NCBI GenBank assembly: GCA_963664395.2
Contig: OY761159.2
Span: 320,001 to 384,000 of the forward strand
DNA from: Candidatus Binatia bacterium
GTDB lineage: Bacteria; Desulfobacterota; Binatia; Bin18
Length of the DNA stretch: 64,000 nucleotides
Direction: 5' to 3'
The notes under the pieces are model-generated. The model was given only the letters and a program-made list of their open reading frames with translations, did no database searches and was not told the origin of the DNA. This document shows, piece after piece, positions 28,131 to 38,292 of the stretch. The stretch's first letter is position 1. Every line of letters starts with the position of its first letter. The position numbers and the translations under genes are program-made.

Positions 28131-30050
28131 TTATTTTTTGTGTAGGGGCACGGCAGGCCGTGCCCCTACTTGCGCCTTGAGACGGTCACGCGTCTGTTTG
28201 GCCGCTTCCGTCTTCCCAGTCTTTTCATACAGCCGGGCAAGTTGCTCAAGCGTCTCGCGGGTCACCGGACTGTCTTTGGGAAGCGATTCCTCTTGGATGT
28301 GTGCCGCTCGCTCTACGAGCGGCACGGCCTCTTCATTTTTCCCCTGCTCTGCATAGAACGTCGCCTGGGTACGAAGATTCAGCGCGACGTTAGGATGATC
28401 TGAGCCAAGCGAAGCTTCCATGACTGAAGCCGCCTGCTCGTATAGGGGCAAGAAGGTTGCATACTCCTTGGTTTCCTGGAGGAGGTCAGCGATGCCGCTC
28501 AGTGTCGTTGCGAGGTTATTCAGACTGACCGCAATATCACGCTGCCCAGGCTCCAACGCCTTGGTCTCAACACTCAGGGCTTCTTCATAACAACGCTGCG
28601 ATGCTGTGAGGTCTCCGGCATCTTTTAGGAACAGCGCAAACTGATTCAGGCTCGTAGCAATGTTCGGATGGTCTTCACCCAGCGCTGTCTTCATGACCTG
28701 CACGGATCGTTCAAACAGCGGACGGGCGGTCTCAAAGTCACCATGCTGATGGTGCAGAGAAGCCAGGTTATTGAGACTGACCGCAACATTGGGATGGACC
28801 CCGCCGTATACCGTCTCAGTGATATGAAGCGCACGTTCGTACAAAGGCAAGGGACGGACTATGTCACCCCCCTCGCGCAGGGCTAAGGCCATATTGTTCA
28901 GATTCATAGCCACAACAGGGTGGTCTGGGCCAAGCGATTGTTCGTTAATCGCGATCACGCGTGCATAGACCTCTGCCGCCTCAGCGTAGTCTCGGACTTG
29001 ATACAGGAGAGACGCCAGGTTGTTCAGACTGGTCCCTACGTCCGGATGCGTCGGACCGTAGGCGGTTATATAAATCTCGGCAGCCCGCTCAAACATGGGT
29101 CTTGCTTTGGCAAATTCTCCTGTTTGATATAACGCCGCCCCGAGATTGTTGAGACTCGAAGCAACATCCGGATGTGACGGACCAAGCGCCGCTTCTCGGA
29201 TTTCGAGCGCGCGTTGTTGCAGTTTCTGTGCCTCGGTATAGTCGCCTATCTCTTTGATGAGCAGCCCCAGCCGAGTCAGATCGTCAGCAACAATGGGGTG
29301 CTGAGCACCGTGTGTTTGCTCATGAATGGAGAGCGCACTCTGGAGCAGCGTTCGTGCCCCAGTATACTTCTTAATCGCAATAAAAAGCTCACCCAGATTA
29401 TTCATACTGAGAGCGACCGCCGGATGTTCGCTGCCCAGTTGCTGCTCGTGAATCGCCAACGCCCGTTCAAAAAGCGGACGTGCCTCAGCGTACTGCTTTT
29501 GCTCTTTGTACAGCGTTGCCAGGTTGCCCAAGCTCACCGCAACTGCGGCATGCGACTGTCCATAGGCCGCCTCTGTAATGCTCAGGGCGCGCTCGAACAG
29601 CGGACGGGCAGCATCAAACTTCTGCTGGTCTTGGAGAACCAGGGCGAGATTGGTCAGACTCCGGACAATTCCGGGATGATTTTTCCCAAGCTCCTTCTCG
29701 TCAATTGCTAGCGCCCGTTCAAAGAGCGTGTGAGCTTCCGCGTATTGACGTGTCTTCTGGAGGAGGAGGGCCAGGTTATTGAGGCTTTGAGAGACGAGCG
29801 GATGGTCAGGGCCGGCGACCTTTTCCGTCTGCTCCAGGAGTTCGCGGGCAACGGGAATGGCTGCCTGAAATTTTCCAGCCGCGTGTAAGCGTCCGGCTTC
29901 TTCGGCTAATTGCTTGAGACGAGTCGCCGCTGATTCTTCTTCACCGAAAGCGGACGAAGCAAAACCAAGGATTGCAAAAAAGGCGGCAAGGGAAACAGCG
30001 ACGCTGAGGACTCGTCTGAGCCTATTCACTACAGGTGAGAGTCGAGACAT
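28131..30050 (-). CDS. Secreted tetratricopeptide-repeat protein (42-aa repeats)
   Basis: Signal peptide ending SSAFG; about 13 repeats of HP.VA.SLNNLA..Y..A..LFERAL.I.E..LG. Confidence 0.92.
   Translation of the reverse strand: MSRLSPVVNRLRRVLSVAVSLAAFFAILGFASSAFGEEESAATRLKQLAEEAGRLHAAGKFQAAIPVARELLEQTEKVAGPDHPLVSQSLNNLALLLQKTRQYAEAHTLFERALAIDEKELGKNHPGIVRSLTNLALVLQDQQKFDAARPLFERALSITEAAYGQSHAAVAVSLGNLATLYKEQKQYAEARPLFERALAIHEQQLGSEHPAVALSMNNLGELFIAIKKYTGARTLLQSALSIHEQTHGAQHPIVADDLTRLGLLIKEIGDYTEAQKLQQRALEIREAALGPSHPDVASSLNNLGAALYQTGEFAKARPMFERAAEIYITAYGPTHPDVGTSLNNLASLLYQVRDYAEAAEVYARVIAINEQSLGPDHPVVAMNLNNMALALREGGDIVRPLPLYERALHITETVYGGVHPNVAVSLNNLASLHHQHGDFETARPLFERSVQVMKTALGEDHPNIATSLNQFALFLKDAGDLTASQRCYEEALSVETKALEPGQRDIAVSLNNLATTLSGIADLLQETKEYATFLPLYEQAASVMEASLGSDHPNVALNLRTQATFYAEQGKNEEAVPLVERAAHIQEESLPKDSPVTRETLEQLARLYEKTGKTEAAKQTRDRLKAQVGARPAVPLHKK
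28142..28169. repeat. GTAG-type REP-like palindrome inside the 3' end of the TPR gene
   Basis: GTAGGGGCACGGC-ag-GCCGTGCCCCTAC, same architecture as 32184-32211. Confidence 0.75.
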
Positions 30051-30084
30051 GAGGAGAGATCCAGAGCCCAGCTTTGAAGAAATA

Positions 30085-30531
30085 TTATTTCGTATGCACT
30101 ACCTCATCGGGCGAAGAAATGACTTCTTCAGAGGGCTTCTGAAAGGTTTCCGTCACGTCAAAGGAGCCACGTAACGAGTATACGTCATCTTTGAACATGG
30201 GTAAGTGAGAATAATAAGCACGGTGGTAATAGCAGCCCAAGCCCTCACCTGGCTCGGCTGTTTTTTCTTCGAAGATAACGTCGAAAAGCGCACCGTCCCC
30301 ACTCTTCGTCGGTTCAACGTGACCCTTTTCAGTCAGGCTATCGGCACTATTTTCCTGAACCGGCGTCATCGCCGGCGTCATGGGTTGATGAGAAGGGTTT
30401 TCAAATTTATCGAGCCAGCCGTAATACGGGGAGACTTTCTGGGAAGTTGGTTGCGGCTCTTCTTCTGCCCAGAGAGAGCCGGTGACAAACACAACACTAA
30501 GGATCAGAACGATAGTCAGTGTGTTTTTCAT
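30085..30531 (-). CDS. Small secreted protein containing one DUF1329-derived segment
   Basis: Signal peptide MKNTLTIVLILSVVFVTGSLWA. LGCYYHRAYYSHLPMFKDDVYSL matches the neighbour's LGTFYHKAYHSQLPMFPDTNYML at 14/23 positions. Confidence 0.7.
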   Translation of the reverse strand: MKNTLTIVLILSVVFVTGSLWAEEEPQPTSQKVSPYYGWLDKFENPSHQPMTPAMTPVQENSADSLTEKGHVEPTKSGDGALFDVIFEEKTAEPGEGLGCYYHRAYYSHLPMFKDDVYSLRGSFDVTETFQKPSEEVISSPDEVVHTK

Positions 30532-30579
30532 ACTGAAGCCCATCCTTCCCACCGTTCTCTTATTTGAACCCGAAACGTA

Positions 30580-30609
30580 CAAGGGGGAGCAGATATCTGC
30601 TCCCCCTTG
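30580..30609. terminator. Perfect 30-bp palindrome downstream of DUF1329 (terminator or mRNA stabiliser)
   Basis: CAAGGGGGAGCAGAT|ATCTGCTCCCCCTTG; no clear U tract. Confidence 0.6.
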
Positions 30610-30628
30610 AGGATGTCTTATGAGACTG

Positions 30629-32071
30629 TTAGCGGTGCAACTCAGTCAGACGGTTGAGGTCATAGAGGCCGTTGATGTACTCCAGCGAGAAGTCAGGCAG
30701 GCCACCGCCATATTCACGCCACAGGTTGCCACGACCGTTCTGAATGTCGACCGTGTCAACGTTCCGCCAATGCACCGCGCCACGGTTTTCGTTCATGAAT
30801 TTATACCTATTGGCATCATCCGCCCACGCGTAGCCCCACTGCCACAGCTTCCACAGCTTGCCCTTACGGTCGAAAGCAACGTGGTTCCAGGTTTCCCAGC
30901 TTTCCGGATCGATCGCCATAATGGCGCTCTTGTACGGATGACGGGGGTCTTTCGGGATACGTTCCAATACGAAAAGCTCACGGACCTGCCAAACGTCGTC
31001 ATTCAGCCAGCCGTCAGGTCCACCATAGCGAACCCCATCGTCTTCATGCTCCGTCTTAATGTGGACGGCAAGGAACTTCTTCTTACCCCAGAACTTCCAG
31101 TCCCACTCAAGCGGGCGCCCGGAAAAGCCATAGAAGTCTTCCAGCGTATGCTCGGTTCCCATCAGCGAGTCGGATTTCACCTCAGCCGAAATACGGCGCA
31201 CACGGCGTAAGCTGGGAACATAGGCCCAACCATCATCGGTTCGGCGGGGGTCAATATAGCGGGAAATGATAAAAGCTGTTCCCCGAACATCGTACGGCGA
31301 GAAGAATCCGGTAAATTCCTTCCAGTGGACGATCGCCGCGTCTTCATTCTCCGGCAACATGTAGTTAGTATCCGGGAACATCGGCAGCTGCGAGTGATAC
31401 GCTTTGTGGTAGAAGGTCCCTAAGCTACGCTCGTAGGTTCCCCCGCCACCGTAAATCTTCTCGGTATCGTAGCTCCAGTCCGTGTCGAGATCGATCTCTT
31501 CACCCGACCAGGATTCGGGTGGCTTCTCCGGCTCCGGAGCGGTGTGTTCGCCACCAAAGCGCAGCCATGTGGTGAGCGCGTTCGCAACGAAATATCCACG
31601 CCAGTAGAAGCGTTTGTCATAATTCCAGGCCGTCTTCATCCCGGCGATATCGTCGCTGCCCTCGCTCAGGATATCCTCATTTGAGAAAGGATAGCCGCAC
31701 ACATAGTTCTCAAGCGCTCCATCAGCAGCAAGTGCAACCTGCTTCTGATATTTCTCGTTACACTCCAGGACGGTCTGGTGCGGTTGCACGTGATAGGTCT
31801 CTACAACCTTCATATTGAGCGAGCCGTCGTTCCATTTCTCAAACTGCTCGAAATAGCCGGGAAACATAAACGGCTTCACCTTGGGCAGGTCAGCATGGGT
31901 GAGGACATCACCGGCTTTAAATTCCGGCTCAGCGTCCTTGGTTTCGCTGAACCATTGGACAAATGTGTCGTATGTATACTGCGTGGGGTCACCGCTCTGC
32001 GCCCATACGCTGGTCTGTGCCCACAGCAGGCTACAGGCCGCGAAAAAAGAAAATACCGTGAGTCGCCTCAT
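30629..32071 (-). CDS. DUF1329 family periplasmic protein
   Basis: Signal peptide; GYPF, AWN, PYDVRG, WAYVPSLRRVRR, DFYGFSG, HPY and DRKGKLWK motifs. Confidence 0.88.
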   Translation of the reverse strand: MRRLTVFSFFAACSLLWAQTSVWAQSGDPTQYTYDTFVQWFSETKDAEPEFKAGDVLTHADLPKVKPFMFPGYFEQFEKWNDGSLNMKVVETYHVQPHQTVLECNEKYQKQVALAADGALENYVCGYPFSNEDILSEGSDDIAGMKTAWNYDKRFYWRGYFVANALTTWLRFGGEHTAPEPEKPPESWSGEEIDLDTDWSYDTEKIYGGGGTYERSLGTFYHKAYHSQLPMFPDTNYMLPENEDAAIVHWKEFTGFFSPYDVRGTAFIISRYIDPRRTDDGWAYVPSLRRVRRISAEVKSDSLMGTEHTLEDFYGFSGRPLEWDWKFWGKKKFLAVHIKTEHEDDGVRYGGPDGWLNDDVWQVRELFVLERIPKDPRHPYKSAIMAIDPESWETWNHVAFDRKGKLWKLWQWGYAWADDANRYKFMNENRGAVHWRNVDTVDIQNGRGNLWREYGGGLPDFSLEYINGLYDLNRLTELHR

Positions 32072-32183
32072 AAATCCTCCTCTGAAGCAAATTTGCAGCT
32101 CTATTTTTGCAGCTCCATTTTTGGTTGACGTTTAGGGAGAAGTCAATAATACCTCAGCAGGTATTTTTATACTGTTGGAATCA

Positions 32184-32211
32184 GTAGGGGCGACGCATAC
32201 GTCGCCCCTAC
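32184..32211. repeat. GTAG-type REP-like palindrome
   Basis: GTAGGGGCGACG-cata-CGTCGCCCCTAC, just after the DUF1302 stop. Confidence 0.75.
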
Positions 32212-32218
32212 ACAATCC

Positions 32219-34363
32219 CTAGAAACGATAGCGCAGCCTGCTCCAGAACTCGTTCATCTGATTCCGCTCCGAGCCGCCGGCCTGCATATGGAACAGGCCA
32301 AAGCCAGCTTCCGTATACGGGTTGTTCGGGTCGCCCGTAAAAGCGCCGAACGCGCCGAGGTCGTGTTTATGCCGTTCACCCATAAACGCGGTGACACCGA
32401 GCGTGACCGACCAACTGTTGCTGATCAGGTACTCCACGTTGCCGCCCATGGTGGCGTCCTGCGCCGCCGTGCCAAACGCGGCGAAGACCAAATAGACCAA
32501 TTGGTCGCGCATGAACTGGTTCTGGGCAAAGGCTGTGAAGATGAAGTTATTATTCTCGGCTGTTATGCCGCGGCGGCCAGCCCGCACGTCGGGATAGTGA
32601 GTTCCGTACGCCTGGGCGCTCAGGAAGAAGCTCCGTGTCGGGTTGAGCCAGCGGATCAGGGTCGGCCGGTCAATGCCCAGCACCCATTTGAAGGCGTTGC
32701 CGTCCCCGAGCAGGTCGATCTTGGTCGTGTCGTTCAATATCGCGTTGGCGGTCCAGGACGACTCCCAGCGGATCACGACGCCGGTGTACGGCTCGAACCA
32801 GTCGAACGACAGGCCCAGCGTGTTGGTCTTGCGATATCTGGCGGCCAGCGAGCCACCGAAGGTGCAGTGGTTGAGATATTCGGCGTGGCGGAATTTCTTC
32901 TTGCTGCCGTATGACGACCCACCTTCTTTGAATATGGCCGATTTCCTTACCTGGATCTGCTTCGGCTTGACGCCGACTATTACCGGACCAACGCCCGAAG
33001 TACTAAGAACGGTGCCACCGTCCTTGGCGGTAATACCGACACCCGGCGCTTCATTCCGGTCCGCGGGCAGAATGCTGTTCCCGTTCCCGTCCGTTGTGCA
33101 GGCTGGGTTGTTAGAGACGTTAACGCGGTCCCAGCCGGTCACGGGCAAGTCGCCAAATGCGAACCAGTCGGTGACCTGAAGACGCAGGTTGCCGACGGTA
33201 GCTTCCCAGCGCATGCCGATACCGCCGTTCTGCAGGCTCCAGTGCGGGGTACGGTTTTTGTATAGCGCCATATTCTTGAACGGGAGATAGGGTCTATCTT
33301 CCGTTGCCATAGTCGGGTCATCGGCCGTGCCGGGGAAAAGGGCGGTTGCAAACAGGTCGTTCCCGAACGTGAAGCCGTCTAGCGTCCGGCCAAAGCCCGT
33401 GGCCCAGGGTTGGGCCGGATGACCGAGACCGGTCGTCGTATGGCGGTCAAAGACGTACACTACGCTGCCGGCCACGTCGCGCAGCGGGCCGATGTTACCG
33501 AAGCGATGCTCGAACAGAGCCGACCACAGCGGCACGCGCGTGTCGTCGAACAGATCAATGAAGAAGTGGTCGCCGAAATTGACCGGGTTCACGATGTCCT
33601 GCAGGCGGAAGAAGTCGGCCTTGCCCCACACGTGCTGTTGTTTTCCGATACGTAACCAGTTACGGCCGCCCTGGCCCTTCCAGAAAAAGTCGAGGTATGC
33701 CTCACGCACGGGATAGTACAGGTCCATATTGGTCTCGCGCAGCATCCCGAAGCGCAGGTCGTTCTGGCTGGCATCCAGGCCGTAGTATCCCCTGCTTCGC
33801 GAATCGATATCGCGACCGGCTACTCCGTACTTCGAGCCGGGGACCAGAGCGTGCATGAACTCGACGTTGCCCCCTGCCCCAGCCTCCTTCGGCCAGAATC
33901 CGGCGTAGTTGCCCGGATTAAGCCCGAAGGCTTCCAGGAATCCTGCATTGGCCGGTTTGGGATAACCGGACCGCCCGGAGACGAACCGCTTGTTCTCGCC
34001 CTTCCGGCCGTTTCCGAACTTGTCGTCTATGTCATAGATCGACTCGTACTCGGGCCGTAGCTCAATGAAATACTCGAAGCGATCGAAATAGTCTCGCATC
34101 AAGTACATCGGGCCAGACATCTGCATGCTCGCCCGATAGCGCGACGACGCGACGTGATAATCGGTTTTGAACGTGTCGCTGCGCAGAATGCTGAAATTAT
34201 CCACATAGCCGTGGATAGCCATTTTATCGAAACTGTCCAGAAACGATTTATCGCGCGCGCCCGCGGCTTGCGCCGACGGAACTGCTAGTGCCACGCTCAG
34301 GCCAATAGCTGTAAAACTCAGCCATAGCCCGGTAAGCATCCCTCTCCCTGCCCGTTTCTTCAT
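32219..34363 (-). CDS. DUF1302-like outer-membrane beta-barrel protein
   Basis: Signal peptide; REAYLD, RIGKQQHVWGKADFFRLQDIVNP and R.PLW motifs; C-terminal LRYRF aromatic barrel signal; position in the RND/DUF1329 operon. Confidence 0.82.
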   Translation of the reverse strand: MKKRAGRGMLTGLWLSFTAIGLSVALAVPSAQAAGARDKSFLDSFDKMAIHGYVDNFSILRSDTFKTDYHVASSRYRASMQMSGPMYLMRDYFDRFEYFIELRPEYESIYDIDDKFGNGRKGENKRFVSGRSGYPKPANAGFLEAFGLNPGNYAGFWPKEAGAGGNVEFMHALVPGSKYGVAGRDIDSRSRGYYGLDASQNDLRFGMLRETNMDLYYPVREAYLDFFWKGQGGRNWLRIGKQQHVWGKADFFRLQDIVNPVNFGDHFFIDLFDDTRVPLWSALFEHRFGNIGPLRDVAGSVVYVFDRHTTTGLGHPAQPWATGFGRTLDGFTFGNDLFATALFPGTADDPTMATEDRPYLPFKNMALYKNRTPHWSLQNGGIGMRWEATVGNLRLQVTDWFAFGDLPVTGWDRVNVSNNPACTTDGNGNSILPADRNEAPGVGITAKDGGTVLSTSGVGPVIVGVKPKQIQVRKSAIFKEGGSSYGSKKKFRHAEYLNHCTFGGSLAARYRKTNTLGLSFDWFEPYTGVVIRWESSWTANAILNDTTKIDLLGDGNAFKWVLGIDRPTLIRWLNPTRSFFLSAQAYGTHYPDVRAGRRGITAENNNFIFTAFAQNQFMRDQLVYLVFAAFGTAAQDATMGGNVEYLISNSWSVTLGVTAFMGERHKHDLGAFGAFTGDPNNPYTEAGFGLFHMQAGGSERNQMNEFWSRLRYRF

Positions 34364-34457
34364 CACGAGGCCTCCTTCCTTGCCCTTCGCCCTCACGAAG
34401 GGGTAAGTCTTGCTATCCTCCAGAAAACCAGTTCTAAAAGACTCTCAAATTATTACA

Positions 34458-36860
34458 TCAGCTCGTTGGTTGCGGCTGCTCTTCCTCAACTCTAACCTGC
34501 TGTCCACCAACGAACTTTGGTTTAAAAATCGTGATCATGGCAGGAACCATAGTTAGTGCAGACAGCCAGTGCGTGACTAACAGAATGGCCAATAACAGAG
34601 CCATTTCCGCGGAGAAACGTAAACTGGACAGGAAATACCAAGGAATCACGCCGGCGATCATAGTCGTGGCAGTAAAGGTTACCGCCATGCCCGTTGTCAA
34701 CACCGTTTTTTTGATTCCTGTGATCAATTGCCCCCCACTACGCGGGACTTCGAGTCGAATCCGGTCAACAACATACAGGATATAATCCACTCCGATTCCC
34801 ATCCCCACCGCAGTCACTGGCAGCGAGTTGATATTAATGCCGATCCCCATAAAGGAAACATACATATAGCTCGCCACTCCTGCGGCGACCAGCGCAAGCA
34901 TGACCAGGGTTGCGGCGGCGAGTGAACCGTAGCTCAAAAAGACCAGGGTGTAAACGGTCATAATGACCAGCATAGCGGCCTGCTTCTCGGATCGGTCAAT
35001 TTCCTCGTTCAGGGCCGCAGTCGTTCCAATGAACCCGCCGGCAAGCCGCATAGTCACGCCTTCAATGGGGTGCTCTTGCATGAACTTCTTCGCCCGCGCA
35101 ATCGCTTCACGAACGGTATCGCCCTTCACATCCTTATAGAACACGACGAACTGGCCATTTTTATAGGCCAGGTCTGTGTACTCAAGAATAACGCCCGATA
35201 TGGGAGCCGATGCTTCGTACACGAAAATCAAATTCCCGGTAATAGATCTGTCAGGTGGAATAACCTGCCAGCGTGGATCGCCATAGTGATAGCGACGATT
35301 CAGATTACGCGCCAAAGTGTACAGCTCACGCGTGTCTCCGGCTTCTACTTGCTCCAGCATGTAACGGCGCATTTCTTCTAATACATCAAGTACATGCGGC
35401 TCTTTGAGGATGTGCTCACGTTCGCCTTCCAGATAGATCACAAGTTGGTTTGCCCCAGCGAATCTTTCATTAATGGTTCGGGCTGATACGTTGTAGTGAG
35501 CATCCTGCCATAGCAGAGGCGAGCCGGCTTCCTGTTCGCCAATCGGCACACTGATTGCCGTACGCACGCCAAAGACAATAGTGACAGCTGCCACGGCCAT
35601 GACAACCCAACGACTGATTTTCCCGGTTGCAATATTTCCCACCGTCGTCAGAGTGAACTCCATCCAGCGCGGAACAAAGTGGGTCGTATTCTTTGGAGTA
35701 GGGAAATACGACAACAGTATGGGCATCGTGTGGGTGATACAGAAAATATTCGCAAAGGCCCAAAAACTGCCATAGTACGCCAACTTCTCAATGAGCGGGA
35801 TAGTTGCAACGGACAGGACCAAAATACCACCAGCGTCACTGATGACACCGGTCACACCTGGCAAAAAGAGGTCGCTCAAACAGGTGTAGGCCGCCTTTCC
35901 CTGGTCTTTGGATACTTCGAGTTCTTCAAAATAGCGCTCAATCATCTGCACGGCGTGACTCACCGAGCGGGCAGTAATAAGCAATGGGATAACTAAGATG
36001 AGCGGGTCAAGGTTGAAACCCCAAAAGCCGACCCAGCCCAGCCCCCACACAGTCTGGACAGCCGCGCCAATCAGCGGGACCAATACACCATAGAACCTAC
36101 GGAAATAGATAATCAAGGCAAGCAGGACCATCACCCCGGTAAAGGTGAAAATCAGGAAGAGTTCGTTGGTAAAGAACCAGACCCAGCCCTTCAAAGCCGG
36201 CTCACCGGCAACATAGACCTTGGTGTTGTCGTCTTCTATTTCAGCCCGAATGCGGGTGATTTCACGCTGGATTTCCCGGTAGTCCAGCCTATCCTCGTTA
36301 AACCCGGCCAGGACAAGCGCGGCTTTCCCATCTTCCGAGACGTATTTGTTCATAACGATATCGTTATTAAACATCTCGAACTTCAGCGCGCTTAACTCAC
36401 TCGGATCGTCTGGTATGTCAACGGGAAGAACCGGGTACGAGCGGACCATGCCTCCCGGTAAGGTCTTAATGTTTCGGATTTTTACGTGGGTGAGAGAAGC
36501 GACCTGGTTATGGTCAACGCCGGTAATCTGGTCAAGCTGGTCCGTTAGGAAACGCACCTTTTCCAGGTTGTTCTTGGTAAAAATATCGCCCTCATCCACC
36601 TGCAAGACCGCAGTTACGATATTGGCCCCACCAAAGGTCGTCCTATGCTGGTTGTAGGCTTGGATATAGGGATGTCCTTGCGGCAGAAGGTCGGCGAACT
36701 GGCTGTACATTTCGACATTCCGGGCTTGATAGCCCCAAAAGACCGTCGCAATCGCCAACGTCACGAGATACGCAAGACGGTGGCGCCAGAGAACAGTCAG
36801 ATAGGCGGCAATCATGCGGTCCATGAAAGCTTTAGGTTGATCTGGAGGAGTATGGGCCAT
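34458..36860 (-). CDS. RND/MMPL family transporter
   Basis: Two-repeat architecture with many TM helices; ARSVSHAVQM..RY and GMGIGVDY.LY motifs. Confidence 0.92.
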   Translation of the reverse strand: MAHTPPDQPKAFMDRMIAAYLTVLWRHRLAYLVTLAIATVFWGYQARNVEMYSQFADLLPQGHPYIQAYNQHRTTFGGANIVTAVLQVDEGDIFTKNNLEKVRFLTDQLDQITGVDHNQVASLTHVKIRNIKTLPGGMVRSYPVLPVDIPDDPSELSALKFEMFNNDIVMNKYVSEDGKAALVLAGFNEDRLDYREIQREITRIRAEIEDDNTKVYVAGEPALKGWVWFFTNELFLIFTFTGVMVLLALIIYFRRFYGVLVPLIGAAVQTVWGLGWVGFWGFNLDPLILVIPLLITARSVSHAVQMIERYFEELEVSKDQGKAAYTCLSDLFLPGVTGVISDAGGILVLSVATIPLIEKLAYYGSFWAFANIFCITHTMPILLSYFPTPKNTTHFVPRWMEFTLTTVGNIATGKISRWVVMAVAAVTIVFGVRTAISVPIGEQEAGSPLLWQDAHYNVSARTINERFAGANQLVIYLEGEREHILKEPHVLDVLEEMRRYMLEQVEAGDTRELYTLARNLNRRYHYGDPRWQVIPPDRSITGNLIFVYEASAPISGVILEYTDLAYKNGQFVVFYKDVKGDTVREAIARAKKFMQEHPIEGVTMRLAGGFIGTTAALNEEIDRSEKQAAMLVIMTVYTLVFLSYGSLAAATLVMLALVAAGVASYMYVSFMGIGININSLPVTAVGMGIGVDYILYVVDRIRLEVPRSGGQLITGIKKTVLTTGMAVTFTATTMIAGVIPWYFLSSLRFSAEMALLLAILLVTHWLSALTMVPAMITIFKPKFVGGQQVRVEEEQPQPTS

Positions 36861-36955
36861 GCTATTTCTCCTTACGCGAGCAAGGGCGTCTTAGTAGTCT
36901 GTACGGTTATATGCATTTCAGTAACGACAGCGCCGTTAGAGCTGATGAGTGAAAA

Positions 36956-38194
36956 TTAGAGGGACGGATTCGCAGCATGCAGCTTTGCCTTATCCGTGGC
37001 GGTCCAACTACTGCCACCATCGGAAGTGACCAAGACCGTGCCCCGCCCTCCACACGCAACGCCAAACTGCCCGTCAGAAGCAAAAGACGCCGCGCGGATC
37101 CACGTCAGCACATGCTGGCGGACATTCTCGTCAAGCTGCCATGCACCACTTGTGGCTGAGGCAAGAGTTCCAAGGACGCCAGTCGCAAAGTTAGTGCGGT
37201 TTCCACCCGAAGCAGCAGCGACGGACAGGAGCGTATTAAAACTCCCACTTGGAATGTTTGTCCACGTCTCCCCCGCATCTTTCGTTTGCAACAAGGTGCC
37301 ACTCTCCCCGGTGACATACCCTTCTTGGGCGCTGCTAAAATCCACATCAATAAGGAAGAGGTCTTCAAGATAGAGGGGAGGGATACGCTGCCGGATGGCT
37401 TCCTCTTCGGGGAGTTCCGGGCGGGTGTATTTCGGCAGGTTGCGCACATTGCGCTGCCGCTGCCAGGTTACACCACCATCCTGGGTGCGCAGAACAATTC
37501 CGAATTCACCCGCCATCCAGCCGTCCGTATTCGTGGGGAACGACACTCCGTTCAGCGTCACATCACACGGATTCAGCTGAGGCAGGGTTGACTCAGGATC
37601 ATCTGCCGGGTTCGCCGTCGCGAAGTTATCAAAGCTCTGATCACACCACAGCGAGAGATTTTCCCAGGTCTCTCCAGCGTCTTGTGAACGGACAATAGCG
37701 CCCACCGGACCGACAGCCCAAATGTGCTGCGCGTCCGCACCACGGCTGACGGCAAAGTAGTGAGGCTGGGCAACCTGCCAGTCTTGAAGCGGCAACTCTA
37801 TCGGAATTTTATTCCAGGCTTTTCCGCCGTCGCTCGTCTTGAGGATCATACCATCCTGCCCGACGGCGACCCCATCCTGAGTAGTGGCAAAATCAATCTC
37901 GTAGATTGCCTTTTGGACCCCTGTCTCCAGCATGGTAAAATCTTGTCCGTTATTGGTCATATGCAGAATAAGCCCCCGCCCGCCAACGACCCAGGCATTA
38001 TTGGAGTCCAAGACAAAGGCATCATAGAGATCTTCACGATCGGGAAAAACATTCCCCCTGGACACGCCCATTTCGTTGAGTTCGCGCAGCACCTCTTCAT
38101 CGGCTGCTTCAAGACAAGCAGACAAAGTAAAGAGGCCGGCAGCAAGAATGCCCCAAGCCGCATGGCGCCACACCAAATGCATTCGTCTCTTCAA
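36956..38194 (-). CDS. YCF48-like BNR-repeat beta-propeller lipoprotein
   Basis: Lipobox LSAC and repeated G.IL.T.DGG.TW Asp-boxes; AAGGAG RBS before the TTG. Confidence 0.88.
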   Translation of the reverse strand: MKRRMHLVWRHAAWGILAAGLFTLSACLEAADEEVLRELNEMGVSRGNVFPDREDLYDAFVLDSNNAWVVGGRGLILHMTNNGQDFTMLETGVQKAIYEIDFATTQDGVAVGQDGMILKTSDGGKAWNKIPIELPLQDWQVAQPHYFAVSRGADAQHIWAVGPVGAIVRSQDAGETWENLSLWCDQSFDNFATANPADDPESTLPQLNPCDVTLNGVSFPTNTDGWMAGEFGIVLRTQDGGVTWQRQRNVRNLPKYTRPELPEEEAIRQRIPPLYLEDLFLIDVDFSSAQEGYVTGESGTLLQTKDAGETWTNIPSGSFNTLLSVAAASGGNRTNFATGVLGTLASATSGAWQLDENVRQHVLTWIRAASFASDGQFGVACGGRGTVLVTSDGGSSWTATDKAKLHAANPSL

Positions 38195-38292
38195 GATATT
38201 CTCTCCTTACTGAACTGATACTGACTGAACTGATACTGGGAAAGCGCTGTCGTATTAGGATTCTGAAGTCGAGCTCCCTTACTTACTGAAGT

